From NCBI GenBank assembly GCA_040954595.2, contig CM082584.2, forward strand, positions 11,250,552-11,314,551: 64,000 nt of DNA, given 5' to 3'. Position 1 is the stretch's first letter, and each line of letters starts with the position of its first letter. Positions 51,601 through 64,000 of this stretch are shown piece by piece. A program made the position numbers and the translations under genes. The notes below the pieces were generated by a model. It had not been told where the DNA came from and ran no database searches. It worked only from the letters and a program-made list of their open reading frames with translations. The DNA comes from Balanoglossus misakiensis (lineage: Eukaryota; Animalia; Hemichordata).

Positions 51601-54182
51601 TGCCTTGTTTCTTTGTGAAAACAGCCTCTCGCAACGACCACCAACACCTTCCCAGTGTCTTTAAACACTACAGGTGCATTGGTATGGTCATAGACCACAC
51701 ATAGACTGATCTTAAAATACAGCCGATTGCCTTTGGGAAATTTGCCAAATTGTGTACCTTTAAAAGAAAAAGCGAGTCGGTTATTCACCGCGGGCTTACA
51801 CAATGCTCGTGGACGTCGGGATGGACGAACGCAAAAGTGCTTTCATTTGTGAAATACTGATTTAATTGGACACTTCTCTCGTGGTCACATGACACCCTGC
51901 TATAATCCAGCGTTCACTTTCACCCTTGATTTGGCGGCTAGGTAGTCCACACTGCTGCCAGTACTCGGTTGTTTTAATTAACCTCTTGGTGCACAGCCAG
52001 GAGAGACTTGATACCATTGGAAACGGTATATCCCCGTCCACGGGTCTGTTGTCTGTTGGAGCTTTCAAAAAGCGCAGATCCGGCGGAGTTGTGTGTATAA
52101 CAAGGAGAACTGCGCAGAACAGGTTGTTCACTGAACCGTCGCTTGCCGCAGAAGGATAATACAAGTCCCCGCACTCTATATGAACTATGTCTGCTGGTTC
52201 CCGACTTCGATATCCAATTCAGATTTTTGGTCAACGGTAGGTTCAAAGCGTATATACACGGTCTTTTTTCTTGAATGTACAGCGCTGAAAGTCAGCGATG
52301 TGCACGCGGCGGCCAGTAGTATACTCATGACATATAAACCACAAATGCCCATAATATTGATTTTGTATTATGGCCAACCGAAGTCGCGTGTAAAAACTTT
52401 GTCCGTTCAGTATTTCCGGTGGCTGTTGTGCCAGTGTGTTGGGGAAAAATGCTTGCACGATTCATTGAAAAAGACCACGAGCATAACTTCACGTAGGCAG
52501 GCTAACTGACCGATCGACTGACTGGAATTTTGAAAAGAAACAGTGCAGTGGTACTCATTTTACGTCCTTGTGCTGGAATTGAACCGGTGACATGTGTACA
52601 TTGTCAATACCAGATCACCGTCACCTCGGCTCCCAGGGTGTGATGATAGACGCAGTCCAAGAATTCATCGCCGTGCCTTGATCGACGATGGCACTTTTAA
52701 GTGAATTACAAGTTAGAATTGCCTTAAAACACTGGTTCGATGATCTTTTAAAGGGCTACCATGTCGATTCCCCCTTGAAAACACTGGGGATATGGTGTCT
52801 TCTCTGTACACATTATAGAACACGACGAGCCTCTCGTTTGCACTGCGGGAAACTGCTCTCACACCCCGGGCGCAAAAGTATGCATGAGTGATCGCAAATG
52901 TTGGAATTACCCGTAGCGTAAAATCGCACAAGAATACCTTTTACTCTGTACAACTTCGTCGTTGTTCTCCTCTATAGCCACACGTCCTTTCACACTTTGG
53001 ATTGTCGGGTTCTCGTGTAAGCGACTCTGTGTCTACTCCTAGATCAGGTCGTTGATGCGAAGTGATGGAATGGATTACAGAATCGGTCAGTTTTTAGTTG
53101 CGCTGGGGTTTTGAATCATTGTTACACTGAAAACTGGCCCTATCAATATAATTTTGTGGTGTTTTCGTTATAAGGACAAAAACACTACTACCAAGCAGTT
53201 GTAAGAGAACCGCTGGAGAAACCAGGCCAACTCTGAGAAAAACAGTTTGTATTAATCTGTTATCGATAATGGGGATTCTTGGCCCTCGTGATGTCATCTC
53301 TTTTTTACTTTCCTTGGATTTCTACAAAGCGAGCGGGAGAGATCAAATCCCGGGGTTTACTTTGTGATTTGTTGTGTCCGTCTTTGAGCTGCTGCGATGC
53401 GTTATATCTTGGCCGATGCCGGTTTATCACAGCATTGATTTTTATAGGGTCTCCCAACACGCTTGATTGAGCTTAGTCTATAGCATTAACAAATCTGCTG
53501 GTTCCGATTGCCTTCCGCACATAAACTTGATTCAATACCCTTTATGTAAGCATTGCCGTTCTTTGAGAACCTTCGTCGCTCACAGTTGATTGTATCGATC
53601 GTGATCTGAATATAACTTTGTGTTATAGAACAAAATATCAGAAAACAGAAGACACTATTCGATTAACGGCACCAAAAAAGCTCATTTGCTCAGCCTTGTT
53701 TGACACACAATGACATTTGTAATCTACACGGCGTCCCCAAGGAAAACGGCCATGCACGTACCGCAAGTCAACAATTGACAATATAAACAGAATAAGTGAA
53801 AAATTAGCAAGACTAATTCGGTGTCACAAAAGTGTGGTAGCCGCTTTTACGGTCGCTTCTTTTGAAGTCTCACGGACACCTGTGGAATCGTAACAACATT
53901 CGCCTACTGCGCAAGTCGCCCGCTCCACTGAAAAACTTTTTCAAAAGAGTACATTAGCGCCCTCAACGTACTTTTACACTATCCTTCCTCTGCGCTACTG
54001 TACTGCCTTACGTGTTATTCCTATGGTGCGTAAGACAAGGTGATAGAAAGTATTTTGAACGACTGTGCAAGTGCTGCAAACTGTTAAATTCTAGCCAGGA
54101 GTGCCTTTGGGGGGACACGTTTCCTTTTCCCTAAAGAACTTGGGCGTCCACGCTCGTGACCAACACAAAACGCAACTTTACC

Positions 54183-54206
54183 TCACGTCACGTCACGTCA
54201 CGTCAC
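54183..54206. repeat. (TCACG)n pentanucleotide run
   Basis: tcacgtcacgtcacgtcacgtcac is read directly. Confidence 0.85.
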
Positions 54207-55241
54207 AATGTGTAGCCCTACAGCCTTTTGAAAGTATAAATTGACTTCATTGTGATACGACGAAAAGCGATGACGTTGTTTCGCAGCAGTAGCCTGACCC
54301 AACCAACTTGACAACTTGCCCAGAGGAAAGAAAGACGAGGTTAAGGTAACAGCTTTTTGGTGCATTACACTTGCAGCTTGGTTTTGAACTTTAATTACTT
54401 TTGCTGGACGACATGGGCAGGGTCAACGTTAATAAAAAACGACGTTGCACGGACGTGAATTTTTTGCGCGGAAACGACGGAGTTAGGACTACGTATATAT
54501 CAAATTTCCTTTGGGATTTTCTTGGCGCTGTATTGCGACTTTAGCCTTGGGAAAGTTTGTCGTCGCACAAAACGACGGGACTGTGTACGGGACACGACAC
54601 AAAAGAACGGAAGATACGGGGATGATTTCAAAGGCCCTGATTAAACGCATCCCGCCCTGGAAGTATTTTGGATTTTTCAGAATTTACAAGGTCACCAAAC
54701 TTTTCCGCGTCCCACTTTTTTTCAGAAACAATGATGGAGGAAATCACCATCTATTGTAATTAAAGGACCCATAGTAATCCATAGCTTGGGTTTCATTATA
54801 TTTTAAAGACAGTTGTATACCAAATGTATACAAATAGTTGCTTTTTACCAGTCCACAGAATGCTGTATCTAGAATTCTTTTGCTTTTGTGTATTGAATTG
54901 AAACTCGGACGGCGAATACAATTGAGCGACAGTTTACCTGGCTGGATCAGGTAGCAGACGTGAAAAGTGCGCATTCATTCTGTGAAGGGGGTACCGGTTG
55001 TCTAGGGTAAAAGGTAAACATTGCCACATGCTCGCTGTTCTTGTTACAACCCTTGGCTACACATACGCATGTGACGGGTGAGAGGCCGGCTGCGTGCAGG
55101 TTCAACTCGACGACGCGAACGACGACGCGTCGACGCGCGCGTCCACGACCGGATATCCTTGGCAGCGCCCACGTTGTATGATTTCACCCGCCTGGGACGC
55201 TTCGCGACACTGATCGCATCCGTTAAATGCGCACTTTAGCC

Positions 55242-55249
55242 TATAAATA
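55242..55249 (+). promoter_or_regulatory. Candidate TATA box of the ADAMTS6/10 gene
   Basis: TATAAATA directly after a CpG-rich stretch (about 55080-55220), followed by a candidate leader exon ending CAG|GTAGTA at 55430 and an acceptor at 56046. Confidence 0.5.
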
Positions 55250-56384
55250 CGACCGCGAAAAACTTCACACGTAAACTCCAAACCCAGAACGTTGCTGCAG
55301 CCCGAGAGACCGTCCTATCCTATCACAGCGTTAGCTGATTACCAGCTTTCAGCACACTCGATAACGTCCTGTTTATTAATTGTCGTCTGCACCACCGCGC
55401 CGCTGCAACGCGCGACATATGCTCGCACAGGTAGTATGAACTCATTTCTTTTCTGACCGATTTGTAACCCCGCTGTTCGCTGTTGGCACGCATGTTTATT
55501 TAATTTAGATATTTTCAAGGTTGCAAGGGCAACGGCGCGACATTTACTCCGTCGTTGTCGAGATCGAGCGTCGAGCAATTTTAGCGGGAACCATGGCGAT
55601 TCCCATGGCGTATACGCGCGTCCATGGTCATAGCAACAGTGCAATTGACCATGGTTTCGCAAGTAGTTGTTCCGTCACACTCATAGAAAGAGACACTGTG
55701 TTCCGTGTCTGTATAGACAGGTATGCATCTGGGCTGATATTATAATGACTCGGCTCTTGGCGGTAATTTTTTCCCATGGTCGGTATACAACTTCACGGTA
55801 TTGGACGGGAAGGTACCGGTAGGAGTGTCTCGGGAGCTGGGTGGTAGTTGTTTATATTTGGGTATCGCATGTCCCAATAAAACCAAAGCAAGGGAGCCGG
55901 GAACTTCACTTCGAAGGACGACGTGGAGCTGTTCGGTTCCTGGTCCTGATCGAGAGAGTGTTGTAGGGAGAAGTGTCTATATATATGGTGCAGTCTTCTT
56001 ACAACCTGTTTTTGTTTGTTTCTTTCCTGTTTTTTTCAAATGCCAGTTCCGTCGAGACAGACGAGAGGTTAAAAAAGAACCACTGTTGAACAGGAATTCT
56101 GCCTGGGGCTATTTCGAAAGGAGGCACTGCCTGCCCTGCCATGTATGGGAGATCGGTGCAGGATAGCTAAACTGTGAACGCAGCCAATTGGAGTGCCCCG
56201 GCGAACAATGCTGCAGAGGGCCAATTTAGTCACATTCACCGAGTCATTACCAGGATAGCTCCAACTTCTCGACCACTGCGAAATTCTAGTTCCAGTTCTG
56301 TGTTTGCTGGAGAAGATCCTCATGAGTAAATTTGTGAGTGGACCACATGTAGTGAATGGGACTCTTCTGAACTGTAGTGAAATT

Positions 56385-59300
56385 ATGGGAATTCGTAATA
56401 TATTATGGAACTTAATATTGGTGTGGATAGTTTGTGTTCACCTGGTGACTGCCAACCTGTCCACAGCCAAGTACTCTTTTGAGCAAGGTAAGTGGCTCTT
56501 TCCTGATCTTCCTGTAGTTAAACTTTATTAAGTTATCATACAGAAGTGCCAACCTCAGCCTGAAGAAATGATGGAGTGAAGGAAGCACACTGAATGTGAG
56601 ATCTCTACCCCAGCCCACAACCCCCTCCCCCAGTTGCACAGGAACAGAGACTCAAGTCAGTTTCAATATCCCCCAAAGCTATCCCGATACAATCTCTGCT
56701 TGAAAAGCCATACACATCTGTGAGAATTGTTTCACACACGATACGACCCATTTACCTGCAAGTTGAGGTTTTTGCTCCCTCAATATTGAACTGTGGTTCA
56801 TAGTTCTATCAATAGTCCCCAGCTGAGAGTGCATGGTCTGTTAATAGTGTCCAGAAAAAAAAATCCCCTGCAGGCAGACAAAGTGACTGGTGCATTAAAT
56901 TCAGGTGGAAATTGACTGACCCCGCAGTTAAGTTTATCCCAGGTTGATTGTTTCTCTCTCTCTCCTTCCTTTGTATACAGAACAACTTATGGAGTCATTG
57001 GAGAATTATCAAATCACGACGCCCATGCTAGTAGACCACCAGGGAGACTTGATTTCCTATGACTTGATAAACAGCAGAAAGAGGACTCCACGGAGCATTG
57101 GTGCAAATGTGCACAAAGATGTTGATAGGCAATTGTTTTACAAAGTCCCCGTGTACAACACAGATTTTCATTTAGATTTAAAAATCAACTCTGCCCTTGT
57201 GTCCGGCAAGTTTCGAGTCGAGTATTGGGACCACAAGGGACTCAGTTGGAAACACAACACGCACGATGCCTGTCATTACATTGGACATATTAAAAACCAT
57301 CCCAAGTCAAGTGCTTCTGTCAGCAATTGTCGCGGTCTGGTAAGTATCATTTTTTTCTCTAATCATAAGAATGGGCCTGTGTGTTTGTAACTTGTCTCTT
57401 CACAGCTGGGTTCCTGGGACTTGTGCGTATGACGTTATATGCTTGACAAGGCAGCTCTTGGCTCTCAAAGTGGATGTCAGCAGAAAAGTTTTTTTTCTTC
57501 AGTGGACCAACTTTTTTTTCACTTATAGGAGTGTGCCTGGAAGGTTTTTCAGCTGCAGTAGAACCCTGTATGACTATATAAAGAGAAATTAGAGCAAAAC
57601 TGATAATGGGGCGAACTTATACCCTGAAGCATTAATGGGTGGATAAATTTAAACAGGAAGATGTTAATCAACTTAATTAGTTGACTGTTAATTTATCACT
57701 GTTGTTCTGTAATTAGCATCATCTTGTTACCAGGAGACCTGGTGGATAATTACTTGTTCCCAGTTGGCCTGATTTCTGATGGGATCACCCTTTTCGGGTG
57801 AAAATTGAGCCGTGGACCCGCAGCAGAATGACCCTTGCACTTTACAGCTGACCCTGGTGGAGTTTTTAGCGAGCCTGGCCTTGGGTTGGCAAGTGTCTTT
57901 CTTTTTTTTCGGGAACAGCTTAACAACTTGTGAAGTGGAAATGGCTTTTATGGTGTCTTCTAAGGCAAATAATGGCAACTGTCAACAGCTATATGTCTGT
58001 TTGCGTTTGATGTGCCTTGTTCATGTGGCTTGCCCTGGCCGTGAATAGGTCGCTTGAAAGTGGTGGCTATTTAAAAGGATGGCTGGGTAGAGCACAAGAA
58101 AGATACAGCCTAGAAATCTGTATTCAAATGGGATAATACTTTTTTATGTGAACCAGAAAGGAAACACCACTGTTGTTTACAGACAGGATGTGTACTCTAC
58201 AGTCACTGGGTCTAAACCTTTCACCCTATTTCCCAGCACATAGGTCCATCCACTCTATTGGTAGTGGCAGGGTTGGACCTAAGTTTTGTTAGTAAAAAGG
58301 TTACATTGAGAAATAATTTCTGTTGCTGCAAAAAGTAATATGCCAGAAGTGATCCAAACGTGTAGAGTTGTCCTGTCAGAAAAGCCGGCTGATATTGGTG
58401 ACTCATGTCTAGTGGTGGGATTGTCTACATTACGTCACAGAAGTGGTATTAGTTAGATCAACAGTCCAACACTCCAATACACACTCTGTAACGTTTCAAA
58501 GAGATACCGGGCACAGTGTGGATTATAAGATAGTGTGTCGTTTAAATCTGCCAAGCATAAAAGACTCTGTCTGCTCTTTGAGGATTCTGTGTGTTCTCCT
58601 CTCTGTTGTCTGTCTGGGGTCGGTGTAAATTTGCACTCAGTCAAACGGGCATGTTGCTTGATTGTCGGACAAACGAACGTGTGTTTGAAATTGTCCAGAA
58701 TGATTCTTGTTCAGGCAGAACTCCAAACATATAGATGTCTTTGAGAAATTCCTTGAGTCAATACAAAGTGCTGACTGGTAATACTCATTCAGACTTGGTT
58801 GGTTCCGTGTGTGTGTGTGCATGACTTGGATCATAGTTTGCTTAGACTACAACTGGTCTATGTTGGTGTTGAAACTGTAAATCTGCCCTCCTGGTTTGAA
58901 ACTTTTTTGTTCTCTACACCCCACCCCCATTTGCACACCTATCATAACAGTGCTGAGACTGAAATCTATGCTTTCAATACATGCAGATAATTCTATTGTG
59001 ATGCAAAATATTTAATATATGCAGATTATTCTAATTTGATGCGGAATGTTTAATATATGCAGATTATTCTATTGTGATGCAAAGTTTATAACCATGGCTG
59101 TCAAACTGGCCCTCTAAATCATAGAACTTTTGTATTCTACGCAAGTTTATTCACTTTTACAATGACAAATGTATATTGACTGTCCACTCCGCAGTGGATA
59201 AAATTAAGTATTGATGGCAGATATCGGAGTTAAGTCGTCAGATTATACACAAACCCCTGGGTACAATAAAACCAGTGTATCTATTGGGCAGTGATGGATG

Positions 59301-60976
59301 AGGGACATATTCTATATGTGATGCAGCATCACCATGGCAATGTGCACACATTCTAGTCTGTGAGATCAGTTGTAGTTCCCCATGCGCCAAAGTAATGATC
59401 AGAATAAATCATTTTAGAGTGGAATTATTTCCTTCTTGGTTAGATTTGATTTTTCCTGGCATTTGTTGGTTCAACTTTGCAATCTCTTTAACTGAGATTA
59501 AAGCCATCTTTAATGATATTTACCCTTCTGGATGATCAACAGAATGTATCAATTTTATACATTTGTTTAATAAACACACTTTGTATAAACTGCCTTGTGT
59601 TATCTACAATGCTTGCTGAACTGTGCAGAACTGTCACTTTAGACTGAAATGAGTCGTTAATTGGCTCAATTTGAATAAACTCTAATAAACATACATTGCT
59701 GGAAAGTAGACGAATGTTCACATCAAGCAGAGACAAAACGGCCGGTCTGTTGAGACTCTACGTACTTCACAAGTGTTTTTGAATGGTTTTGTGGCTACAA
59801 GGAGAACGCATAAAACATCTGAAAAACTTGTTAATGGTTTGTATCTTGATGAGGGGGCAAGTGTTTCCAGGTCAGGTGGCATTGGATAAGTAGCGTGCTG
59901 TCAGTTTTAGCGAAAGTTCCATTCCGGGTTTCGCCAGACCATGCATACTCTGAGCATCATGCTCAGGTACTTTGATCATAACACTTTCACCCCCAGTCCC
60001 CACATTTAGAGGTCCAACTTTCAGCAAGAGGAAAGAACACATTTCAAAGTTTCTACTGCAGCTGTAGTCATAGAAAACTGGAATGTTGAAAAGTGTATTA
60101 ACTGGGACTTCATCAAAGATTGTGCTGCTCCTGCCAAGCCCAGCCACTGCTTTTGATTATAACATGTACAGGAATGTATATATCCACCCATTGGTTTGTA
60201 TTTTAAAAGATAAGCAGTTCATGGTTCATTTTACTATAATATTTAACTAATTAAACCTCATTAAAAGATTGATAAGAATGTCTTTAGACAAGAGACTGGG
60301 TTGACTCAACCTAATTACCAGTGGCTGGCTGAGCGATTAACGGTGCATTCACGCTTGCAACCAGCATGGGCTAAATGTCTCACTACAAGTGTCATTTACT
60401 TTGCCAACCGCTACCCCAAGTAGTTGCCATGAATTTAAAAAATGATCAAGCCTACTATTGATTGTCCTCTAAGATTTATTGATTGCTCCTATTATAATTT
60501 ATTTTTAAAGCCGTGAATCAAATGCAAAATTTATTGCTACAGTTTTATGGTACTGTTTTTTTTTTGCAAAACAAATACTGGGGGAAACTTTGCTGTTGAC
60601 ACATCTGGTGTTCAATCCCCAAAGTACAAACATTTGCTGATTTTCATGACTCATGCCGCCAGAAAAAGTTTGGTATATCTGGAATGGGATTCTCGAGTGA
60701 AAAACGTAATGAATAAACTTTCAGTAATGTCTTCATTTTCAGACAAAAATAAGGCCTTTACACCCCTTCAACATTGCAATCTTTATATTGTGTCTTTCAT
60801 TTTTTAGCATGGTGTCTTTTCCACGGCAACGGAGGAATACATAATTGAACCTCTGCACAACGTTACCGAGACGCACTCGGTCTCTGAAGGTCACCCGCAC
60901 CTTGTCTACAAAAGGTCAGCCCTTGCGTCGCAGCGTCCCAAAAGTGAAGATACCGAATACAGTTGTGGAGTTGATG
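56385..60976 (+). CDS. ADAMTS6: ADAMTS6/10-type metalloprotease, signal peptide and prodomain exons only (partial; continues beyond the window)
   Basis: Exons 56385-56487, 56981-57339, 60808-60976, phases consistent; an alternative in-frame ATG lies at 56322. Signal peptide [13 protein letters not shown]; LENYQITTP; furin-like RKRTPR-S; FHLDLKIN; FRVEYW; CHYIG; SNCRGL|HGVF; EEYIIEPL; [12 protein letters not shown]; CGV. Closest to ADAMTS6 as I recall its sequence; probably a co-orthologue of ADAMTS6 and ADAMTS10. Confidence 0.92.
58981..59083. repeat. 38-bp AT-rich minisatellite, about 2.7 copies (ADAMTS intron)
   Basis: atgcagat(a/t)attcta..tgatgc..aat.tttaatat starts at 58981, 59019 and 59057. 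Confidence 0.85.
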
Positions 60977-63900
60977 GTGAGTGGATTTTTTTTGAAAGAG
61001 TAGTCAATATTTTGACACTGTTTCAGTATACACATATTTACAGGCCATGAGGGCAACAGCATACGTCTGTAACCCTAGGGGTGAAACATGTATGCTGTTG
61101 CCCGAAAAGCCAGTCAATATGTGTTGTGTAACACACCTCACTGCAGCCATGCATAAGAACTCACCATACACAAAGTGAGCGTCATTTTTCGGAACTGATG
61201 CCTGGTGGGCAACAGCACAAAAAGAACGCACACCATGTGACTATTAATTGACGAATGAGAACACAGTCTGCAGATGAGGTGTGTTACAATCATATCTACT
61301 AAAAATAGCGTCTCACGTGGAGAAAAATAATGCAAATAATGTCATCAGATTGCGGCTTTGTCAGCAATATAAAAATAACCTGTCATGTGAAAATTTAAAA
61401 AAAACACTGAAAATAATGTCAAAAGCTACTGACTTTGCCACCCGAGCAAAAATAGCATCCAAGATAGTGATTTTGGCCTTTGGCTGATAGAGTGATTGAT
61501 GATGATAGTTTACTGGGGTTCCAAGACACATGTTGTGATAGTCGTAGCCATATTATTCAGTCGTAGAATTATTACCTTATCACGCACGTCACACAGGTGA
61601 TAAGGTTAACACAGGTACAGAAGTGAAAGCTGATGTCTCGGTGAGATGTCGACTCCTTGAAATAGACACATAGATTTTCTTGTTGTCCAATATGAGCCAC
61701 AGAAGAGAAAGTAAGATTTGCATTGAACTTCAAACATCATTTCCACCACATGGCTCGGTGGTTTGATTATCCTCTTGTTTAGCAATGACTGAGATTTGAA
61801 TTGAGCCGTACCTAGAGGGTCAGGTAATTGCTATTGTAGATTTTATTTTACGGTCTGTTGTCTTATGAATGACAAAACTAGGATACTGTGAGACCTGATG
61901 TTTTTCGCTTTTTGTTACTCCATTCCAATATCAATGGGAGGGCCGTGCCTTGAGAGGTCTCACTGACCCACATGTTCCTGAAGTTGCACACAGCATTTTG
62001 AGCAGAATATAGGAAGCTAGTCTCCCTCGACCAAGAACCAACACCACTGTACCCCTCCCACCACCAAACTTTCCATCATCCCATTGTTTCCAGTGGTGTG
62101 TTAGACCAGTTTACTGAGCAAGAGGGGTGAAAGGGGTTAAAAGGATTTGGTGGTGTCGTCATCCTATTCATTTATTGTGCACCCCTTTTAAAATTAATTC
62201 GGTCTGTTGCAAACTTATGGTCTTGTCAGCTAATAGCCCAGGGAGATCGGAGATAATCTTTTGTATGCATCCGAAGTTTGCAATTGTACCAGTCTGTGTT
62301 TCCTCCGTGTAATCCAGGACTAAGTGATTTGGCTAGTGGCGAAAGCAATAAGTCTGAGGATTTCTCTTTCTTTGGAAACTGTTTCCGAGGGTATTATTAA
62401 AACTGTTTCTTTGACTTTTCAGTTGTTGTGCATGGTGTGTGTCTGGCTAATGACCCCTGCAGAATCGTCTCAAGCTCAGCGCTCTGTTTGAGTGGAAAAA
62501 CCCCCACAGTAATATCCGAGTTACATCACACTTTTTTTCTCTGCCCACAAAGGCTTGGTGATAAGGCTTTTCTTAATTTCCAAGCTAATGCCATCTCAGG
62601 GGGGAGAGGAGGGAGAGCTGTCACAATGAAACAGGCGATGCGTGGCTTTCTGTTGGTATCGCTAATACAACTGGTGGCTATAATACGCTCGGCTAATACT
62701 GGCTTAATTTGTTGGGTTTCTTTTTGATGGTGCTGGGTATTAGTGTCATGGGATCTGTGGGTATTCTCTGGATTTGGTGCGTGTGCATGCGATTGGTATA
62801 GCTGCTGGTCACCGCATGTACGTCACAGTAACCTGGTTGGTGTTTGAAAGCTGCATGCAGTAGCTGTGCCATGGCCACAAGAACCATTTCTATAAGATCG
62901 AGTTCAGTCTAATGTTTCACATCTAACTTTCTCAGTGGAAGGTGTCGCTTGGTTGTATAATCACGTCGTCAGTGTTGATAAACCTGCCTGCAGCTTTTGA
63001 GCTAACAACGTGCAGCTTGTCTCGACCCTGGCCCAAATTCGACTTTGTTTTGCAAGAGTACCCACAGTGTTGCTGTCCATTGGGCACGCTGTCTTTGAGC
63101 CTGCTGTCTTTCAGTGCGTCTTGAAAACAAAGTTAGTTCTGTGGTACGCATTTGAAAATAAACCAACTTTCGTGAAAATAAACTGTCGTCTGCCAAGTAG
63201 GGTACAAGACGCTGTGAGGGGAGAATGTTAGGAGATATAAGAACTCTGTGGTGGTGCAAATAGACTCAGTAGAATCACCGTCACACTCCTCTGTGAAATT
63301 ATTATCATTTTGCTAAATCTGACAGTGGTCTCAGCATTGTAGGGCTTCAAAAGATAACCAAGTTGGAGGTTTTTCTCAACTCTTGGAGCTGTTGCTACAA
63401 TATCATATGAAATGTCAATGACACAGTGAAGTAATCTCTGGTGAACTTTTTTAAGTTTTCATTATGCAATGGTTTGTTTAAATTGTGGACTGTTCAGAGA
63501 TACCATCACACATCTCAACAGTCCCGTCCCTTTCAGTTTGACCGACCAACCGATTGACAAGCGATCACAGATCGTATATGATAGAGCACAATGTCTGGTC
63601 CTCTGATACAGTTATGTCAGAAAGTTTAAGTCAACAGCCCAGTGGCAAGGCTACAAGCAAACAATTGCCACCTGCAAAAATACGAGGAAAACAGATCAAA
63701 ATGCTGTTCCTCATGTAACTTGTATATCTGTTTGTCAGTGGAAATATCTGGTCAATAAGTGTGGAAATACGGAGCTGAATACCAAAAGTTTGAATGTGCC
63801 CAATGTGACTTTTGAAAGAAAAAGAAAAATTAAAGAAGATAGCAACATTGTCGTTGAATGAGTGAAACACACTTCAAAAACTGACATACATGTACATTTG

Positions 63901-64000
63901 TACGCACATCCTGTTTGCTGTTTGTGTGCCCGGTCGCACATCACAGCAATAACCATTGGGATATATGGCTATTGTGTTGAAATTTCCATTTGATAAACAT

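Noticed and set aside
1-64000. CRISPR arrays, rRNA, tRNA (including tRNA-Sec) and transposase or reverse transcriptase ORFs
   Set aside because: None recognised by eye. Degenerate repeats would need RepeatModeler or Dfam to exclude.

Overview
Intron-rich genomic DNA from an animal, most plausibly a marine invertebrate bilaterian; the species cannot be fixed from the sequence. Nearly all ORFs in the supplied track are noise. Splicing by hand gives five protein genes and one microRNA. (1) CDC20, minus strand, 9 coding exons, 522 aa. (2) A Cys-type GPX7/8 glutathione peroxidase, plus strand, 198 aa, head-to-head with CDC20. (3) A pre-miR-31 hairpin, minus strand, apparently exonic in a host transcript that may also carry a spliced 61-codon ORF. 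(4) Selenoprotein P, plus strand, 546 codons, with 7 in-frame UGA and two SECIS elements; its usual His-rich linker is replaced by a ~300-aa poly-Ser/SSEE acidic domain. (5) TRAPPC5, minus strand, 7 exons, 186 aa, with a U12-type intron and a 12.7-kb intron. (6) The 5' part of an ADAMTS6/10 orthologue, plus strand, with a uORF-rich leader. The human homologues of all six loci, as I recall them, fall in the 1p/5/9p/19p paralogon. The best candidates for something undescribed are the phosphoprotein-like SELENOP architecture and the small-ORF plus miR-31 transcript. All exon structures are manual predictions without transcript support.
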